Part shown: positions 40,801-53,849 of the stretch, one piece after another | Position numbering within the stretch: the first letter of the stretch is position 1 | Layout of the letters: each line of letters opens with the position of its first letter | Origin: Ginglymostoma cirratum | Taxonomy: Eukaryota | Reading direction: 5' to 3' | DNA: 64,000 nt | Assembly (NCBI GenBank): GCA_024137785.1 | Contig: JAHRHZ010000082.1 | Coordinates: 4,340,134-4,404,133, forward strand | The notes under the pieces: generated by a model | Database searches by the model: none | Told to the model about the DNA's origin: nothing | The model's input: only the letters and a program-made list of their open reading frames with translations | Made by a program: the position numbers and the translations under genes

Positions 40801-41180
40801 CAGTAGGGCTCAGTTACCCCACGTTCCTGTTTATTTAAATGCCCTCTCACCCTCAGGCTCACCACCAGAGACAGCAGAAGATTCCATTTGTGAAACTAGT
40901 TAAAGAAAGGAAGGCAGATGCTTTATGAAGGTATATTGATATATGGATAGAGAAAAAAAACGGTCACAGCTTTTCAAATCAATAGGAAGTGGTCTGTGAT
41001 GAATTCAAAAGATTCTATTTACGTAATGTAATTTAGAAGGAAAATCGGTTAATTATTTGAAAATGAATTTGAAATAGAAATACAAAAGGAATAGATTGGA
41101 GTCGATGCCTCCAATGAAGGAGCTGGGACTAGTACAGGTGCACTGGCTGAATGGCCTTCTGCCTGTAATTTCAATGAATT
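37850..41180 (+). mobile_element. Very old, fragmented CR1-type LINE with nested insertions
   Basis: Purine-rich degenerate endonuclease-like region at about 38090-38900, further pieces at about 39900-40180 and a tail at 40900-41180 (ggctgaatggccttctgcctgta). Confidence 0.4.
39120..39650 (-). mobile_element. LINE 3' fragment (CR1/L2 group, family distinct from HER1)
   Basis: ORF 39427-39633 (-) IEYSPLAWIGAVPTTLENLNIIQDKVAFLIG is RT C-terminus-like; tail homologous to 50915-51140. Confidence 0.75.
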
Positions 41181-41591
41181 TTGTCAACAAAGATAAGAAT
41201 AGATTGTAATAAACTGAGGATTTTTAACTTGCCCTTAATTATAATTTATTGTTAGTCGCCATTCAGTAGTATTCCGAGAGACTGAGAAGTGACCTTTTTG
41301 ATAAATCATCTCCAGTTGAACTGAGTCTCGAAGTGAAGGGCAACATGCCAGACTCCTCTGTGAAAGTACAGTAGTTGAATCAGTTTTATCAGTCATAAAT
41401 AAAGTACAGGGAATGTGGAGATTCTATCTTTTGTTATTCTTTTTCATCATACACAGAAGCCCTGAAACCTCAGTGGTTTCTTTTTCATGGTCTGTTTGCA
41501 ATTACAAGACATTTGTTTGAAAACCACTTTATTGCTTGGACTATGATAACTGAAGTATAGTCTAAAAGGAAATACGCTTGCGCACTCTTAA

Positions 41592-41759
<168 letters not shown>

Positions 41760-42695
41760 TAGTAAAGTATCTGGACAAGTATATGTATTTTAGATTTACT
41801 TTATAAAATAATAATGTCAATAATATCATCAAGCTTTAATTATGCTTTATTTCAATTTTACAGAAACCAACTCTTTTATCTATTGCGATTATGATGAATT
41901 ATTTGGGTAGTGGAATATAGTGTCTATCACTGTTAACCAGTCATGAGCCTAATTTTAGTCTGAAGTGCAGTACTTTGTTTTAATCAGAAATATTTGGCAT
42001 AAATATTATTGCTGCATATGTTTACTAAATAGTACTACTTCAGAGGCTTCTGTTTGCGACCTTGCATTTTACTATTTATTTCAAGTGAAATCCAAGAGGC
42101 ATTGGAAAGAAAATATGTAGTAAACATTGAAATTAGAGTTTAATCATCATATGTAGATTAATGATGTACCACATAGGGTGTGCAAGCTGAAATCAAGCTG
42201 GTGAATGTTTGTGCAAGGCTTTTAGCTAAATGCTATCCTGGTTGTTGTTATTGTCTTGGTGAGGTATTTTGAGCTCTCCATTAAGAGAACATTTTTATTA
42301 ACTTAAACAGTACTAAATGCCGTTGGTATGCATTACAATTCAATGCTGAGTGCCTCTGAAACACTCTGGACTTTTCCCTCCGTCAATTACCACTCTGAGA
42401 GGTGATTCATTCAAAAGTCCCCTCCTGGAATTGTTAGCCCACAGCAACCTAGCCAAATAACCATTCTTGACATGCATCTCTGGATGGTGGCAGGTTAATA
42501 AGCACTTTGCTTTAGATGGATGCTAGGCATTGCAGCCATACCCAAATGCCCAATTTTCTTCACACCAGAAGTTGTATTCTCTTCTTATGTAGAAACACCA
42601 AATCATAATTGAATGAAATAACAAGGTGTAGAGAAGGATGAACACAGCAGGCCAAGCAGCATCAGAGGAGCAGGAAGGCTGACGTTTCGGGCCTA

Positions 42696-43095
42696 NNNNN
42701 NNNNNNNNNNNNNNNNNNNNNNNNNNNNNNNNNNNNNNNNNNNNNNNNNNNNNNNNNNNNNNNNNNNNNNNNNNNNNNNNNNNNNNNNNNNNNNNNNNNN
42801 NNNNNNNNNNNNNNNNNNNNNNNNNNNNNNNNNNNNNNNNNNNNNNNNNNNNNNNNNNNNNNNNNNNNNNNNNNNNNNNNNNNNNNNNNNNNNNNNNNNN
42901 NNNNNNNNNNNNNNNNNNNNNNNNNNNNNNNNNNNNNNNNNNNNNNNNNNNNNNNNNNNNNNNNNNNNNNNNNNNNNNNNNNNNNNNNNNNNNNNNNNNN
43001 NNNNNNNNNNNNNNNNNNNNNNNNNNNNNNNNNNNNNNNNNNNNNNNNNNNNNNNNNNNNNNNNNNNNNNNNNNNNNNNNNNNNNNNNNNNNNNN
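42696..43095. other. Assembly gap (400 N)
   Basis: Run of n. Confidence 1.
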
Positions 43096-43098
43096 TTT

Positions 43099-43126
43099 CT
43101 GAAGAAGGGTCTAGGCCCGAAACGTC
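43099..43126 (+). ncRNA. Minimal type I hammerhead ribozyme core (Penelope type)
   Basis: CTGAAGA-A-GGGT(ctag)GCCC-GAAA-CGTC; the upstream helix I strand mostly falls in the gap. Confidence 0.6.
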
Positions 43127-43324
43127 AGCCTTCCTGCTCCTCTGATGTTGCTTGGCCTGCTGTGTTCATCCTTCTCTACACCTTGTTATCTCAGATTCTC
43201 CAGCATCTGCAGTTCCCACTATCTCTCATAATTGAATATTGAGTTTGAATCATTTCTTCTTCCTAGCTCTGGGATGCCTATGCACCTTCATTATCACTTA
43301 GACTGAAAATAATGCAGAGCAACC

Positions 43325-43825
43325 TGTTCAGTTCTGGTTGCTACACAATAGGGAGAATGTGGAGGGGGTGCAGAATAAGTTTACCACAATGTTGCTTGGA
43401 TTGGAGTGTGTTAGCTGTAAGGAGAGGTTGGAGAAATTTGGATTGTTTTTGGTAGAGCATCGGAGGCTGAGGGATGTCCTGATACAAGTGTATAAAATTG
43501 TCAGAGACATGGATAGGGTGGATAGTCAGAGGGTAAAAATGTCAAATACCAGGAAGCATTGTTTTGAAGTGAGAGGGATAAAGTTTAAAGGAGATGTTTG
43601 AGGCAAGTTTATTTTATACAGTGGGTGGTAGGTGCCGGGAATACATTGCCAGGGCAGGTGGTAGAAGCAAATATGATATCACTCTTTGGACAGACACATG
43701 AACAGACAGAGAATAGATGGATTCGGACCATGTGCAGGCAAATGGGATTAATTTAGAATGGCATCATGGTTGGCACAGATATAGTGGGCCGAAGTACTGT
43801 TTCTGTGCTGTACTGTTCTGTGTTC
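43325..43825 (+). mobile_element. CR1/HER1-type LINE 3' end
   Basis: ORF EGVQNKFTTMLLGLECVSCKERLEKFGLFLVEHRRLRDVLIQVYKIVRDMDRVD and tail gggccgaagtactgtttctgtgctgtactgttct. Confidence 0.88.
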
Positions 43826-44454
43826 TTCCTAAACTGTACAATTATCACGAACAGAACACAGTAGTTGAGAATCAATTGTTATTTGAAAGTTATTTGCATT
43901 TGAGAAATTTAAATTTTCCAGTATTTCAATCTAAGCAATGTAAATAAAACAGCACTGCAGGTTCTTTGTGCATAAAATTCAAATAAACAGGTTATTCAAA
44001 TGAAGTGACTCCATGTGAACAATGGATTGTCCCAATGAAGTCATTAGGCAAAGCCAAATGAATGAATTTCCTGATGAGCATTAGACTGGAGTCATGGCAG
44101 AAAGATGTCAAACCCTATTTGTGAGACCACAAAGGATTAAAAATGTTCACAAGGCTCTGTGCTTCCAGCAAAATAAAGATTTTCATTGTGATTATTATCC
44201 ACTTCATAGACGAGAAATGGTACAAAGCAAACACAAAGACACAGAACAATAAAGTGAAATAAGGTAGGAGAGAGGCAAAGCACAGAGGAGAGAAAAAGAG
44301 GAAGCAAGAGACCAAGATAGACAGAAAGGGAGATTCATAAGGGAAAGTTTATTTTAAAACAAATGTATTAATGAGTGATAGACATAACATCTTTCACAAT
44401 GAGAATGAGTTTGTGCCTGTGATATTTTCCCTTTAACCATGTCATTAGAATATT

Positions 44455-44850
44455 TAGAATCATTCAGCATAAAGGGAGGGAATTCAGCCCTTTGTGCCTG
44501 AACCTGCTCTTAGAAGACGTCCACTGAATCTCACTCTTGTTCTTTTCCTATTGCCCTGGGTTTTTTCCCATTTCACATATTATCGCATTCTGTTATGAAT
44601 TATACCATTGAATCTGCTTCCACAGCCCTTTCAGGAGATGTATTATATAACATAAGTCAATAAAATAAAAACAAAAACGCCTCATCTCCTCATTTTTTGT
44701 CAATTACCTTAAAATGTGTGTCTTTTGATTACCAACTAACATGTCAGTGAAAACAAATTTCCTCCCCACATACTCCAACCTAATACTCTTTAAAAAAAAA
44801 AACCTCCTTTAACCTCCTTCACTTCATGAAAAACAAGCCCAGCTTCTCTG
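44455..44850 (-). mobile_element. Decayed CR1-type LINE 3' end
   Basis: tagaatcattcagcataaagggagggaattcagccc...ttgaatctgcttccacagccctttcagg. Confidence 0.6.
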
Positions 44851-45161
44851 GTGCTCCACGATAAATAGAATTCCTTTTTGGAGCAAGAGAATTAAAACTG
44901 GTTGTTCTGTCATATGTGGGGAGGCCAGATAGTCTCTTGCCTGGAAGACATATTCTGTTGTAACTGTGTGTACAAAATCCATTCTGGTCCTGAAGTTTAA
45001 TAGGTTTGTCATATTAGAAATCTCAGGCACTTTGTTGGCATTGGGCAGAGTCCAGTTGATCAAATTCACTGCTGTGTGCTCTGATTTGATTTACATGCTT
45101 CAAGAACAGAACACAACAAAGTTTTAGATACATTTCCTTGTAGTCATCTAATAATTCTGAT

Positions 45162-45520
45162 GGGGCGGTATGGTGGCTCAGCAGTTAGCACCGCTACCTC
45201 ACAGCGCCAGGGAACCGGGTTTGATTCCACCCTCAGGCGATTGTGTGTGTGGAGTTTGCACATTCTCCCTGAGTCTGTGTGGGTTTCCCCCGGGTGCTCT
45301 AGTTTCCTCCCACAGCCCAAAGATGTGCAGGTTAGGTAAATTGGCCAGGCTAAATTGTCCATAGTGTTCAGTGATGTGCAGGCGAGGTGGACTAGCCATA
45401 GGTAGTAAGGGGTTATGGGGATAGGGCAGGGGGGTGTCCCTGGGAGGGGTGCACTTCGCAGTGTTGGTGTGGACTTGCTGGACTGAATGGCCTGCACTCT
45501 ACACTGTAGGGATTCTGTGA
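45162..45520 (+). mobile_element. HE1-type tRNA-derived SINE, full length
   Basis: ggggcggtatggtggctcagcagttagcacc A-box, gggtttgattcc B-box, tail ctgtagggattctgtga. Confidence 0.9.
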
Positions 45521-45639
45521 ATTCCCACTACAATGTTGATTCTTTTTTCTCACCCCTGCTTTAAGATCTTTTGCCATTAGCATGCACAGTCTTATAACAC
45601 TAAAAACTCCTGTCTGTATAGCTCCCTTAACACAGCAGA

Positions 45640-45930
45640 ACTTTTATCTCACCAGGAATGTTATCAAGAAAACTGTGACAGTAAATCAGTAATAAGAGCC
45701 AAATGCTTAGCCAAAGGGGTTTCAAGGAACGCCTTAAAAGAGGAGAGGTAAAGGACAGAGATATTTAGCGAGGTAGTCCAGAGCCTGAGGCCCAGGAAGC
45801 TGAAGAGTCAACCGTCAGCAATTAAAACTGACAATATACAAAACAAACTGAGGGCAGAAGTCTTGGCTGATTCTAGAACATGAGGATGTTCTTGAGGTTA
45901 GGAGAGCCAAGGCCATGGTGGAAATTTGGA
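45640..45930 (-). mobile_element. L2-type LINE 3' fragment
   Basis: ggtttcaaggaacgccttaaaagaggagagg...gaggcccaggaagctgaag resembles the reverse of an L2 ORF2 end. Confidence 0.45.
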
Positions 45931-46107
45931 ATAAAGGTTCTAGAACAGGTCCTTCCCCATTCAGGATCAAATGCTAGTGACCATAAGAAGAAAGAGCAGA
46001 AGTAGGCCGTTTGGCCCATCAAAACCTTGGCTGGGCGGCTGCCTGTAGCTGTCTTGCTGTCTCAGATTAGGGAAAGCTCAGTCAGCTAGGCTTCCTGCTC
46101 TTGCTGG

Positions 46108-46326
46108 GACAAAAGCAGCTCTTGGAGATTTGAAATAGAAACAGAAAGTGCTAGAGAAACTTGGCAGGTCTGGCAGTATCTGTGGAGAGAGAAACACTGC
46201 TAGCATTTCGTTATGACTCTTCTTCAGAACTGTTCTGAATGCGAGTCATATCAGATTTGAAATGTTAACTTGTTTCTCTCTCTCCACAGATGCTACCGGA
46301 CCTGCTGAGTTTCTCCAGAACTATAC
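46108..46326. mobile_element. Palindromic Penelope-like mini element (family 2) with 11-bp TSD
   Basis: TSD gctcttgctgg at 46097-46107 and 46327-46337; arms 46151-46230 and 46232-46318 inverted about 46231 (ttcagaac-t-gttctgaa). Confidence 0.8.
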
Positions 46327-46865
46327 GCTCTTGCTGGAGTTTTAAGTGTTTAGTTCCATTAAAATCAACTTTAGGTTTGTCTGTGATGCATTCCATGGTT
46401 TAATGGGTACTGAATTTTAAAAATTTCAGAAGTAGGCCCTTGACTCAGGACCTTGCTCATTAGGAGCGCGTTTTAGGAAATAGCAGATATGCTTTCCATG
46501 ATGTAGCTGTCCATTGAAAGTAAAACCTTTTGAGTGTATCCTCAGGATTTACCTGTATGTGCCAGAAGAAGGTATTCAGGAACCCATCTGGGTGAGATGC
46601 TACACGATTACTGATGTTTTTGAATCATCCTACAGCACAGAAGTCTGTGCCTTCAGGAGAGAAAGGGAAAAAAGAAAAATGACAGAAAACTTTCAGACAA
46701 AGTATATTACACATATGTTAAAAAAAAATCATCACATGACCCACAATTCTATACCATCATAAGTTAAGCAGCAGGTAAGCAACGATAGAAAGCAGAAGGA
46801 AGTGTCGTTATTTCGGACGATATGTTATATTGCCCTGATCTTACGAGGTCTTCCTCAATTTGCAG

Positions 46866-48674
46866 ATGGTTTCTATCTGAGGAATTTACCTGGACAGCCG
46901 ACCCTGCTCTCAACCAATCATAGTTTTCCATCGATTTCCCGAGCCGCACCCAGCCATCCCATTGGTTCCTGCAGCCGAGACAGAGAGATAAGCCACTCCC
47001 ATAAAACGATCAAGGAAACTGACAGACTCCTAACCTCAAAGGAACCTAATAAAGAAAGGATGAGTAAAAATGAAGCCAATTCATTGAGCAGTCAAAGGAC
47101 ACACAAGGAGAGACATTCAGAAGACGATGGAAAAGATAGGCATAAAATTGTGCTGCCTCTGATGCCAGATGTCAGATGCAAGGAAGACGTAACAAATATG
47201 CATAATAGCATGTGTGAGAACAGAAATAAACACTTCAATAGCTGTTTAACAAACTCCAAAGTTATGAATGGAGATTCCAATAAGACTTTATTAGCAAGCT
47301 GCACTAATATTGGTGGGATTTTACCGAGGCAAATGGACATCCATACCCCAGGCAGGTGTACCAAAGAGAGCTTAAGGTTTGAGAGGGATTTCCGAGAAAA
47401 CGGCCCGTCTGGTCCAGTGCACGTCGAGTGCTCAGATAGTTGGCAAACTCCACACCATTCTGTCGCATACTCTGTTCCTTCTTCCCTGTCCAACATTCCA
47501 TCATCATCTAGCACAGCCTCTGGAACATTCCCCTGTTTGCAGGTTCATTCCAACTTAGACCTTTTTTACCCTACTCAAGATAAGGCCAGCAGGGAGCTCA
47601 AGGTCACTGGGCCTACGTACGTGCCTTCAGTGGGACACTTCGGTGACAAAAGCCAACCGTTTCAAGTCACTGCAGAAAACTGCAAGGTCAACCGAAATAT
47701 GGGGAAGGAGAAGACACATGAGAAAAGCACAGAGAGGTCTGACATTGGGACCGTTCCTAATTCGCACACATCTCTGAAGCTAGATAGTAAAGGAATGGAC
47801 TGGCCCCACAATTCAGCCATAAAATCCAAACAACAGTGTGTTAGCAGCACTGGTGCGCAGATGGTGATGCCCTTCACACCTCAGGCAGCCAAGGGCCCCT
47901 CAGGGAAAGGTAGCACTTACGTTATGCCACAGTCTCAGGATTGTTTCTGTTCGAAGGAGCTGGAGACATGCTGTGCCAAACTTACCCACTCCAGTTACAC
48001 ACTGGACCGGGAGCATGGCAGTGATACACATGAAAAAGCTTCAAAAGACTCACAGGGGCAGAAAGTGGCCAGGATACGGCACCAGCACCATAAGCTTCCC
48101 GAGGTGGAGCACATAGGAAGTGGTTCAGAGATGAAGAGAAGACCACCGGAGCTCAGTTGTATGAGCTACAGTGGATCTCACATACCATCATGGCAGAGTC
48201 CTCAGATTCCTATGGGGGAAGACAGGAAAGGTTCCTATCTTGACCCTTTCAGTTCAAGTTTACAGCAGGCGGCAATGTTGTCACAAGGATCTGTACTCAA
48301 TCAAGACATGTTAGGTCAAACTGATGAAGTCTCAGCCATGAAGAGTCTGCTGAAGTACAGCAGCTCATTTCCTCCAGGCGCACAGGCATTGATCGTTGGG
48401 CAGAAGACCCCTTTCGGAGGCCTGGGAAACATCCGGGCCAGCTGCGTCCATCAGGAGATCAAATTTCAAAGTGGGAAGTCAAGCCTTGACTTGGAGCGTC
48501 CAGACTGTGCCAAAGGGAGGGAAAGTGAGACATCTCAGGGTGACGGTGAGGTACGGCAGCCTCCAGTTGGGATCGCAGTGGCTGTTGCAAGACAAAAAGA
48601 CAACCAGAACAAGCATGACCTGCCTTGTGGTACTGAGTCCAACAGACCGCACAGGCATCTTCCTGGCTTAAAAG
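46866..48674 (+). CDS. BAHCC1: BAHCC1 large coding exon C (1809 nt, phase 1/1)
   Basis: Inside the 647-aa ORF. Acceptor tcttcctcaatttgcAG (46864-46865), donor AAAG|GTgaga (48675). Contains DGFYLRNLPGQPTLL, QKVARIRHQ, DEVSAMKSLLKYSS and GDGEVRQPPVGIAVAVARQKD, all BAHCC1 motifs. Confidence 0.96.
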
Positions 48675-49636
48675 GTGAGATACTGCTAAGTACCCAAACA
48701 AACGGTCAACTCGTGTTTCCGTTAACAACCATGATTGATTTCTAAAATTATTTTCATAAATCTTATCATTATTATCTCTTGGAACACCGATGAGAGCAAG
48801 ACAGACTGACCTTCATTCTTGGTGCACATCACGGGGAATATTCTTAATGCGGTGTTATCACCAAATGTAATGGTCACAGTCTTTAATTCCCAGAACAGTT
48901 ATATATTCAAGGTGTAAGTTACTTAAGTTGGTCTTACTTTGGCTGCTTCAGCTTCGTACAAAATTGTTTGTTACTCAGACTGAAGTGTTTCATCTGCAGT
49001 CACGAAAGCTTGGTATTGTCCAGCTCAGTCTAGTTGAATTACAGCTCCCAGTAGCTAGTCGTGTACATTAATGTTAACAGTTTGGGCTAGCAGTCCTGAC
49101 TTCCAGTTTCAAAGTAACTTGTGATGAATTGTGCTAAAATTGACCTTCAAGTTCTCAAAACCCAGAAAAATTATGACATGCCTCTTTCACAGTGATCTAA
49201 TATAATTGTGGAATGCCACAATTAACAGTAGAAGTAAACTCATCCAGTTGAAAATTCCTTGAACATATTTTTCATTTACCGTGCCATGTAAGCATTTGAT
49301 CCAGCAAAAAAACTAGATGTGCAGATTGAAATTTTCTCTTTGAAAGTTTATGAATGAAGTAGCCCCTTAAACATCTAAAAATTGATACCTTTCCATAAGG
49401 CATATGTGTTTTTTTTCCTTATGAAGTTTATGCAGTTATCAATTACAATACACATTAACTGTCAGGAAATAGAAGCATCTTACATTGAATATCTTTCTTT
49501 GACAATTCAAATGGTTTATTTTGATGAGAACATGCTTTGACTGGAATTCGTATTAAAACTGTACCACTGCAACAGAGTTAGTCTGGATTTTCCTTTGGGA
49601 CTGGTTAGCTGAAAACGTTAACTTCACTTTTAACAG

Positions 49637-49751
49637 GATCATCGCGCTCCACCTACGTCATTGACCTTGAAGCAGAGGAAGAAAACAATCATTTTCGTGA
49701 GGAAAGAATGGGACTGTCTCATTTAGACAGGGAAAGGGATCACCTACTTCG
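49637..49751 (+). CDS. BAHCC1: BAHCC1 coding exon D (115 nt, phase 1/2); not in the ORF track
   Basis: Acceptor cttcacttttaacAG, donor CTTCG|GTaagc. Reads GSSRSTYVIDLEAEEENNHFREERMGLSHLDRERDHLLR (cf. recalled RSTHALDLEAEEE). Confidence 0.92.
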
Positions 49752-49899
49752 GTAAGCTTAACACAGCACAAAATGAGCATGCCTATCTTCATTAACACTC
49801 TTTCTATTGTCAGCACCCAAAACTTTAGTCTAAATGATCAAAAAGGGTGATCACGAGCTTTATTGAAGTGAGTAAGATGACTTTCATCTTTCAAAATTC

Positions 49900-50910
49900 T
49901 ATTAATTATTGCAACGTTGACTACAAATTGGAATGTTTCAAACGTAACCCTACTGTTCAAGAAAGGACTGAGAGAGAGAACAGGGAACTGCAAACTTGTT
50001 AGCCTGATGACAGTAGTAGGGAAAATACTAGAAATTATGTCAAGGAAAACTGATTATTTAGAAAATAATCGTGTTACTGGGCAGAGTCAGCATCAATTTC
50101 AGAAAAATCGTGTTTAACAAAACTGATAAGAGTTTGTTTAAGAAAATTAATAACTTAGTAATAAGGAGGGACAAGTGGATGCAGTATATTTGAATAAAGT
50201 CCTGCATAGGAGCTAAATAAACAAAAATAAAGTACTTGGAATTGGGGGTAATATCCAGGCAGGGATTGAGGAGTCATTAACATGCAGAAAGCAGAGAGTA
50301 GGAGTAAATGTGCCACCCTCAGGTTGTCAGGCTGTGACCAGTGAGCACTGCAAGGATTAGACCTCAGCTATTTGTGTCAATGATTTGTTAGTGGGAGCTA
50401 ATTATAGCATTCCAAAATTTTCAAATAATACCAAAATTGATGGAAATGTGACTTGTGAGGATGATGCACAATAGCTTCAAGGGATTTAGATAAGCTGAGT
50501 GAATAGACAAGAACCTGGCTGTTTAAGTTAGTGTGGATAAGTGTTAGATTATCCATTTTGGTATGAAGAACGATGGTACAGATCATTTCTTAAATGTTGA
50601 GAGATTGGAAAATGTGCAAAGGGACCCAAGTGTCCTTGTTCATAAGTCACTGAAAGCTAACATGCAGAAACAGCAAACATTTTGGAATGCTAACAGCCTT
50701 TATTGCAAGTGGATTTGAGTACAGGAAGAAAGAAATCTTACTTCCGTTGTATAGAGCACTGGTTAGACCACACCTGGAGTATTATTGTACTTTTGATCTC
50801 CTTGCCTAAGGAAGGATATAGGCAGTGCAGTGAAGGTTCATTAAACTGATTCTGAGGACGTAGGACTGACCTACGAGGAGAGCTGCAGGAAACTGGGCCT
50901 GTATTCGAAT
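49900..50910 (+). mobile_element. CR1/HER1-type LINE RT fragment
   Basis: ORF NWNVSNVTLLFKKGLRERTGNCKLVSLMTVVGKILE...GQSQHQF; downstream ctggttagaccacacctggagtat (LVRPHLEY). Confidence 0.88.
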
Positions 50911-50914
50911 ATAA

Positions 50915-51140
50915 TGTGTTTTCCTAGAAACTTGGAAATGTATCACAGTTCTTTCAATGCTGCTGGGTCAAAATTCTGAAACTTCTTCCTTGACAGCATT
51001 GTGGGTGTGCATAAATCAAATGGGCTGCAGCAGTTCAAGAAGACAGCTCACCATCAGTTTCTCAAGCGCAAGTAAGGATGGGCAATAAATGCTGGCCCAG
51101 CCGGTGATGCCCACATACCCTGAATGAGTAATAAAAAGAG
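50915..51140 (+). mobile_element. LINE 3' tail, same family as 39120-39650
   Basis: gcagcagttcaagaagacagctcaccatc...gggcaataaatgctggcccagcc. Confidence 0.72.
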
Positions 51141-51374
51141 TATCTTTTAAAAAATACATCTGGCTTACAAAATTGAAGTCTACATTTTTCCACATTTTGT
51201 CTGTTTGATGCCTCAGAGAGTAGGGTTTAGATCTAAAGAATGAAGGGCATTAAAATGATGTCCCAAAGAAAGTACATGCTGGGTTCAGAGTCCAAATAAC
51301 AAATATTCTTTACAATATCATTATCACTGGCACTTATTGTCTTTCCCGAGTTGCTCTTGAAAAGATGATGGTGA

Positions 51375-51707
<333 letters not shown>

Positions 51708-53849
51708 TAGCAATGTACAAGTTTATGGTAGAAATTGATCCATGACTACAACATGTTTCATACTGGTATCCAAACTACAACAGATACAATGGACAGCTTT
51801 TTTTCATTTTGTATTGCACAAAAGGCATTTGCTTAAAATATATTTAGAGTAATATTGGAAAAGAGTGGAAAAAAAACAAAATCTAGTTTAAGAAATGTCC
51901 TGGTGTTGCATTTACTGCTAAATGCTCCGGGTTGCCCGAAACCAGGAAATATAAACCTTGTAATTGTCTGCAGTGTTAATATTCTTAAATGTTTTCATCA
52001 ATGTATCAGTACCTCTTTCTCTCTGTATGAGTTTTGATATACATTGGTTGATCATTTGATAACTCTAGCTGACTACTGATGGAAGAAGTTTAATTGAAAA
52101 TTTCTAATTGATCCAGGTTGACAGGAGAGTTATCCCACATATATGTTACATGGAATGAAATGTAAAAGCACAAATGAACCAGTCATGACAGAACATCAGT
52201 GGTAAAATCATGTGTGGTTTCAACAGTTCAGGAAAACATTCTGATATTTAATGCAGCTGTTGAGGAGATGAGCAACTTTTATGGAGAATTATTCTTGGGC
52301 TGGAGGAAAAATAAAACCCCACATTTTAAGTGAATAATGTATTATTCATGCTTCAGTCACAACATGAAAGACATCCTTTGTCAAGTGAAAGTCTGGAGTT
52401 ACAATGCATAAATGTGAAGGAAATCGGGAAGTTCATTTGGTACTGTCAGCTGCTTCGAATGTACCCAGGCCAATTTCCACATGCAAATAGTTTCACAAAT
52501 GCCAAAGTTGTCTTCAACCGCTGAAATTAGGTGTGAGGGATATCTTGTGACTTCAAACTTAATGTTTGCTGTAATTATATCCAGGCAAGTGAGATTGCCA
52601 GAATGTATATATCTTTCAATGGAATTAATCATTTAAGAGTTGCTAATCAAACTGAAAGTCTGCATGGGTTCAGTTTCTGTTCAACTAATGTAGTTGGCAG
52701 ATCCTATGTATTGTAATTTAGGGAGATAGGAAGACCCTTGGCTTAGAGATTCCACAGGTCAAATCATGGAGGCAGCCATAAAGGAAGTGCTTTACAATAT
52801 CACCTGAGTGCAGTAATCTCTCTGTAAGGTGCAATTCCGTCTTGTTCAAAAAAAATTAATCCTGTTGCTAACCCTTTTCTGTTCTTTGTAGATTGTTTGG
52901 AATGTAACGTTACCACGTGAAAATCCTCTTTTTCAGATCACACTCAAATCCGTGCATGTGTTTTCACTTTTAAATCAGTATTAAATCGGTTACTGGCCTA
53001 ACCCATTCCCATTTATACAGTAGAAGTAGTGTGTCATTCCCAAAGGAAAAGCATATAAGGTGATCACATTTGGTTGAGTGGGTTTACAAATTTTAAGCTT
53101 TCCAAAGTGGGTCTCCTCATATCCCACTAGATCAGCCGCCAAAGTAATCCCAACATTAGAATCGAGGGAGTATCTGATTACTGCTTGTACAGGATAATCC
53201 TTTTTGCTGGAACACACAACGCATCAGTTCGGCTCATTGCTGTGTTTGGAAATGCAGCATCTGGAACACAGGACATGAATGGGGCACAGGGGTTTGTTGT
53301 GTTTAATTTCAGAACAGTGCCCTAAAACAGACCATTGCATTTGCCTTTGATTTTAGCAAACTATGAAGAATTATGAAATATTACTGCTCAGAAATGGACC
53401 AGTCAGCACATGCGGTTTGCACTGTCATTTTTCTCTACACGAACTATTTAATTCTGACCCCACTCTCCTACTCCCTCTCCATCTACTCGATTGTACCATT
53501 TTCAAGCAACTATCTAATTCCCTTTTCAAATAATTTATGGATTCTGTTTCAACAATAGCCTGTGGTAGAGAATTAGAAAAGCTAATCCTGTCAATGTGAT
53601 GGCATTTCCTAATTTTGTCCTTAATTCACTTTGTGTATATTTCAAATTTATATAGTACTGCTTTAGTTTCTTGTTCTCCATTTTCATCAGTTAATAACTT
53701 TTCATTATTCAGTGTACCAAAAATCAGAGAGCACGAGCAAAACTAAAAATGATTTCTTGCTTCAAGCTAATGTAATCCAAATATTTCTTCAGTTCAAGGG
53801 AAAATATGAAATTCTGGTGCTTAATGCAGGAGATAAGAGATCTGTTTTC

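Larger units (their letters stand above)
42615..43225 (+). mobile_element. Penelope-like insertion with inverted terminal repeats and 12-bp TSD, interior unsequenced
   Basis: TSD tcataattgaat at 42603-42614 and 43226-43237; left arm 42615-42695 is the reverse complement of about 43112-43192 with 2 mismatches. Confidence 0.85.

Noticed and set aside
45162-45240. tRNA genes at SINE heads (also 9096, 30033, 63641, 57270-57338)
   Set aside because: A and B boxes run directly into SINE bodies; no complete cloverleaf or terminator.
47092-48728. Minus-strand and alternative-frame ORFs over exon C
   Set aside because: Shadow ORFs of a coding exon with no independent protein similarity.
46802-48745. 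647-aa ORF as a standalone gene
   Set aside because: Only 46866-48674 is exonic; the ORF ends run into intron beyond clear splice sites.
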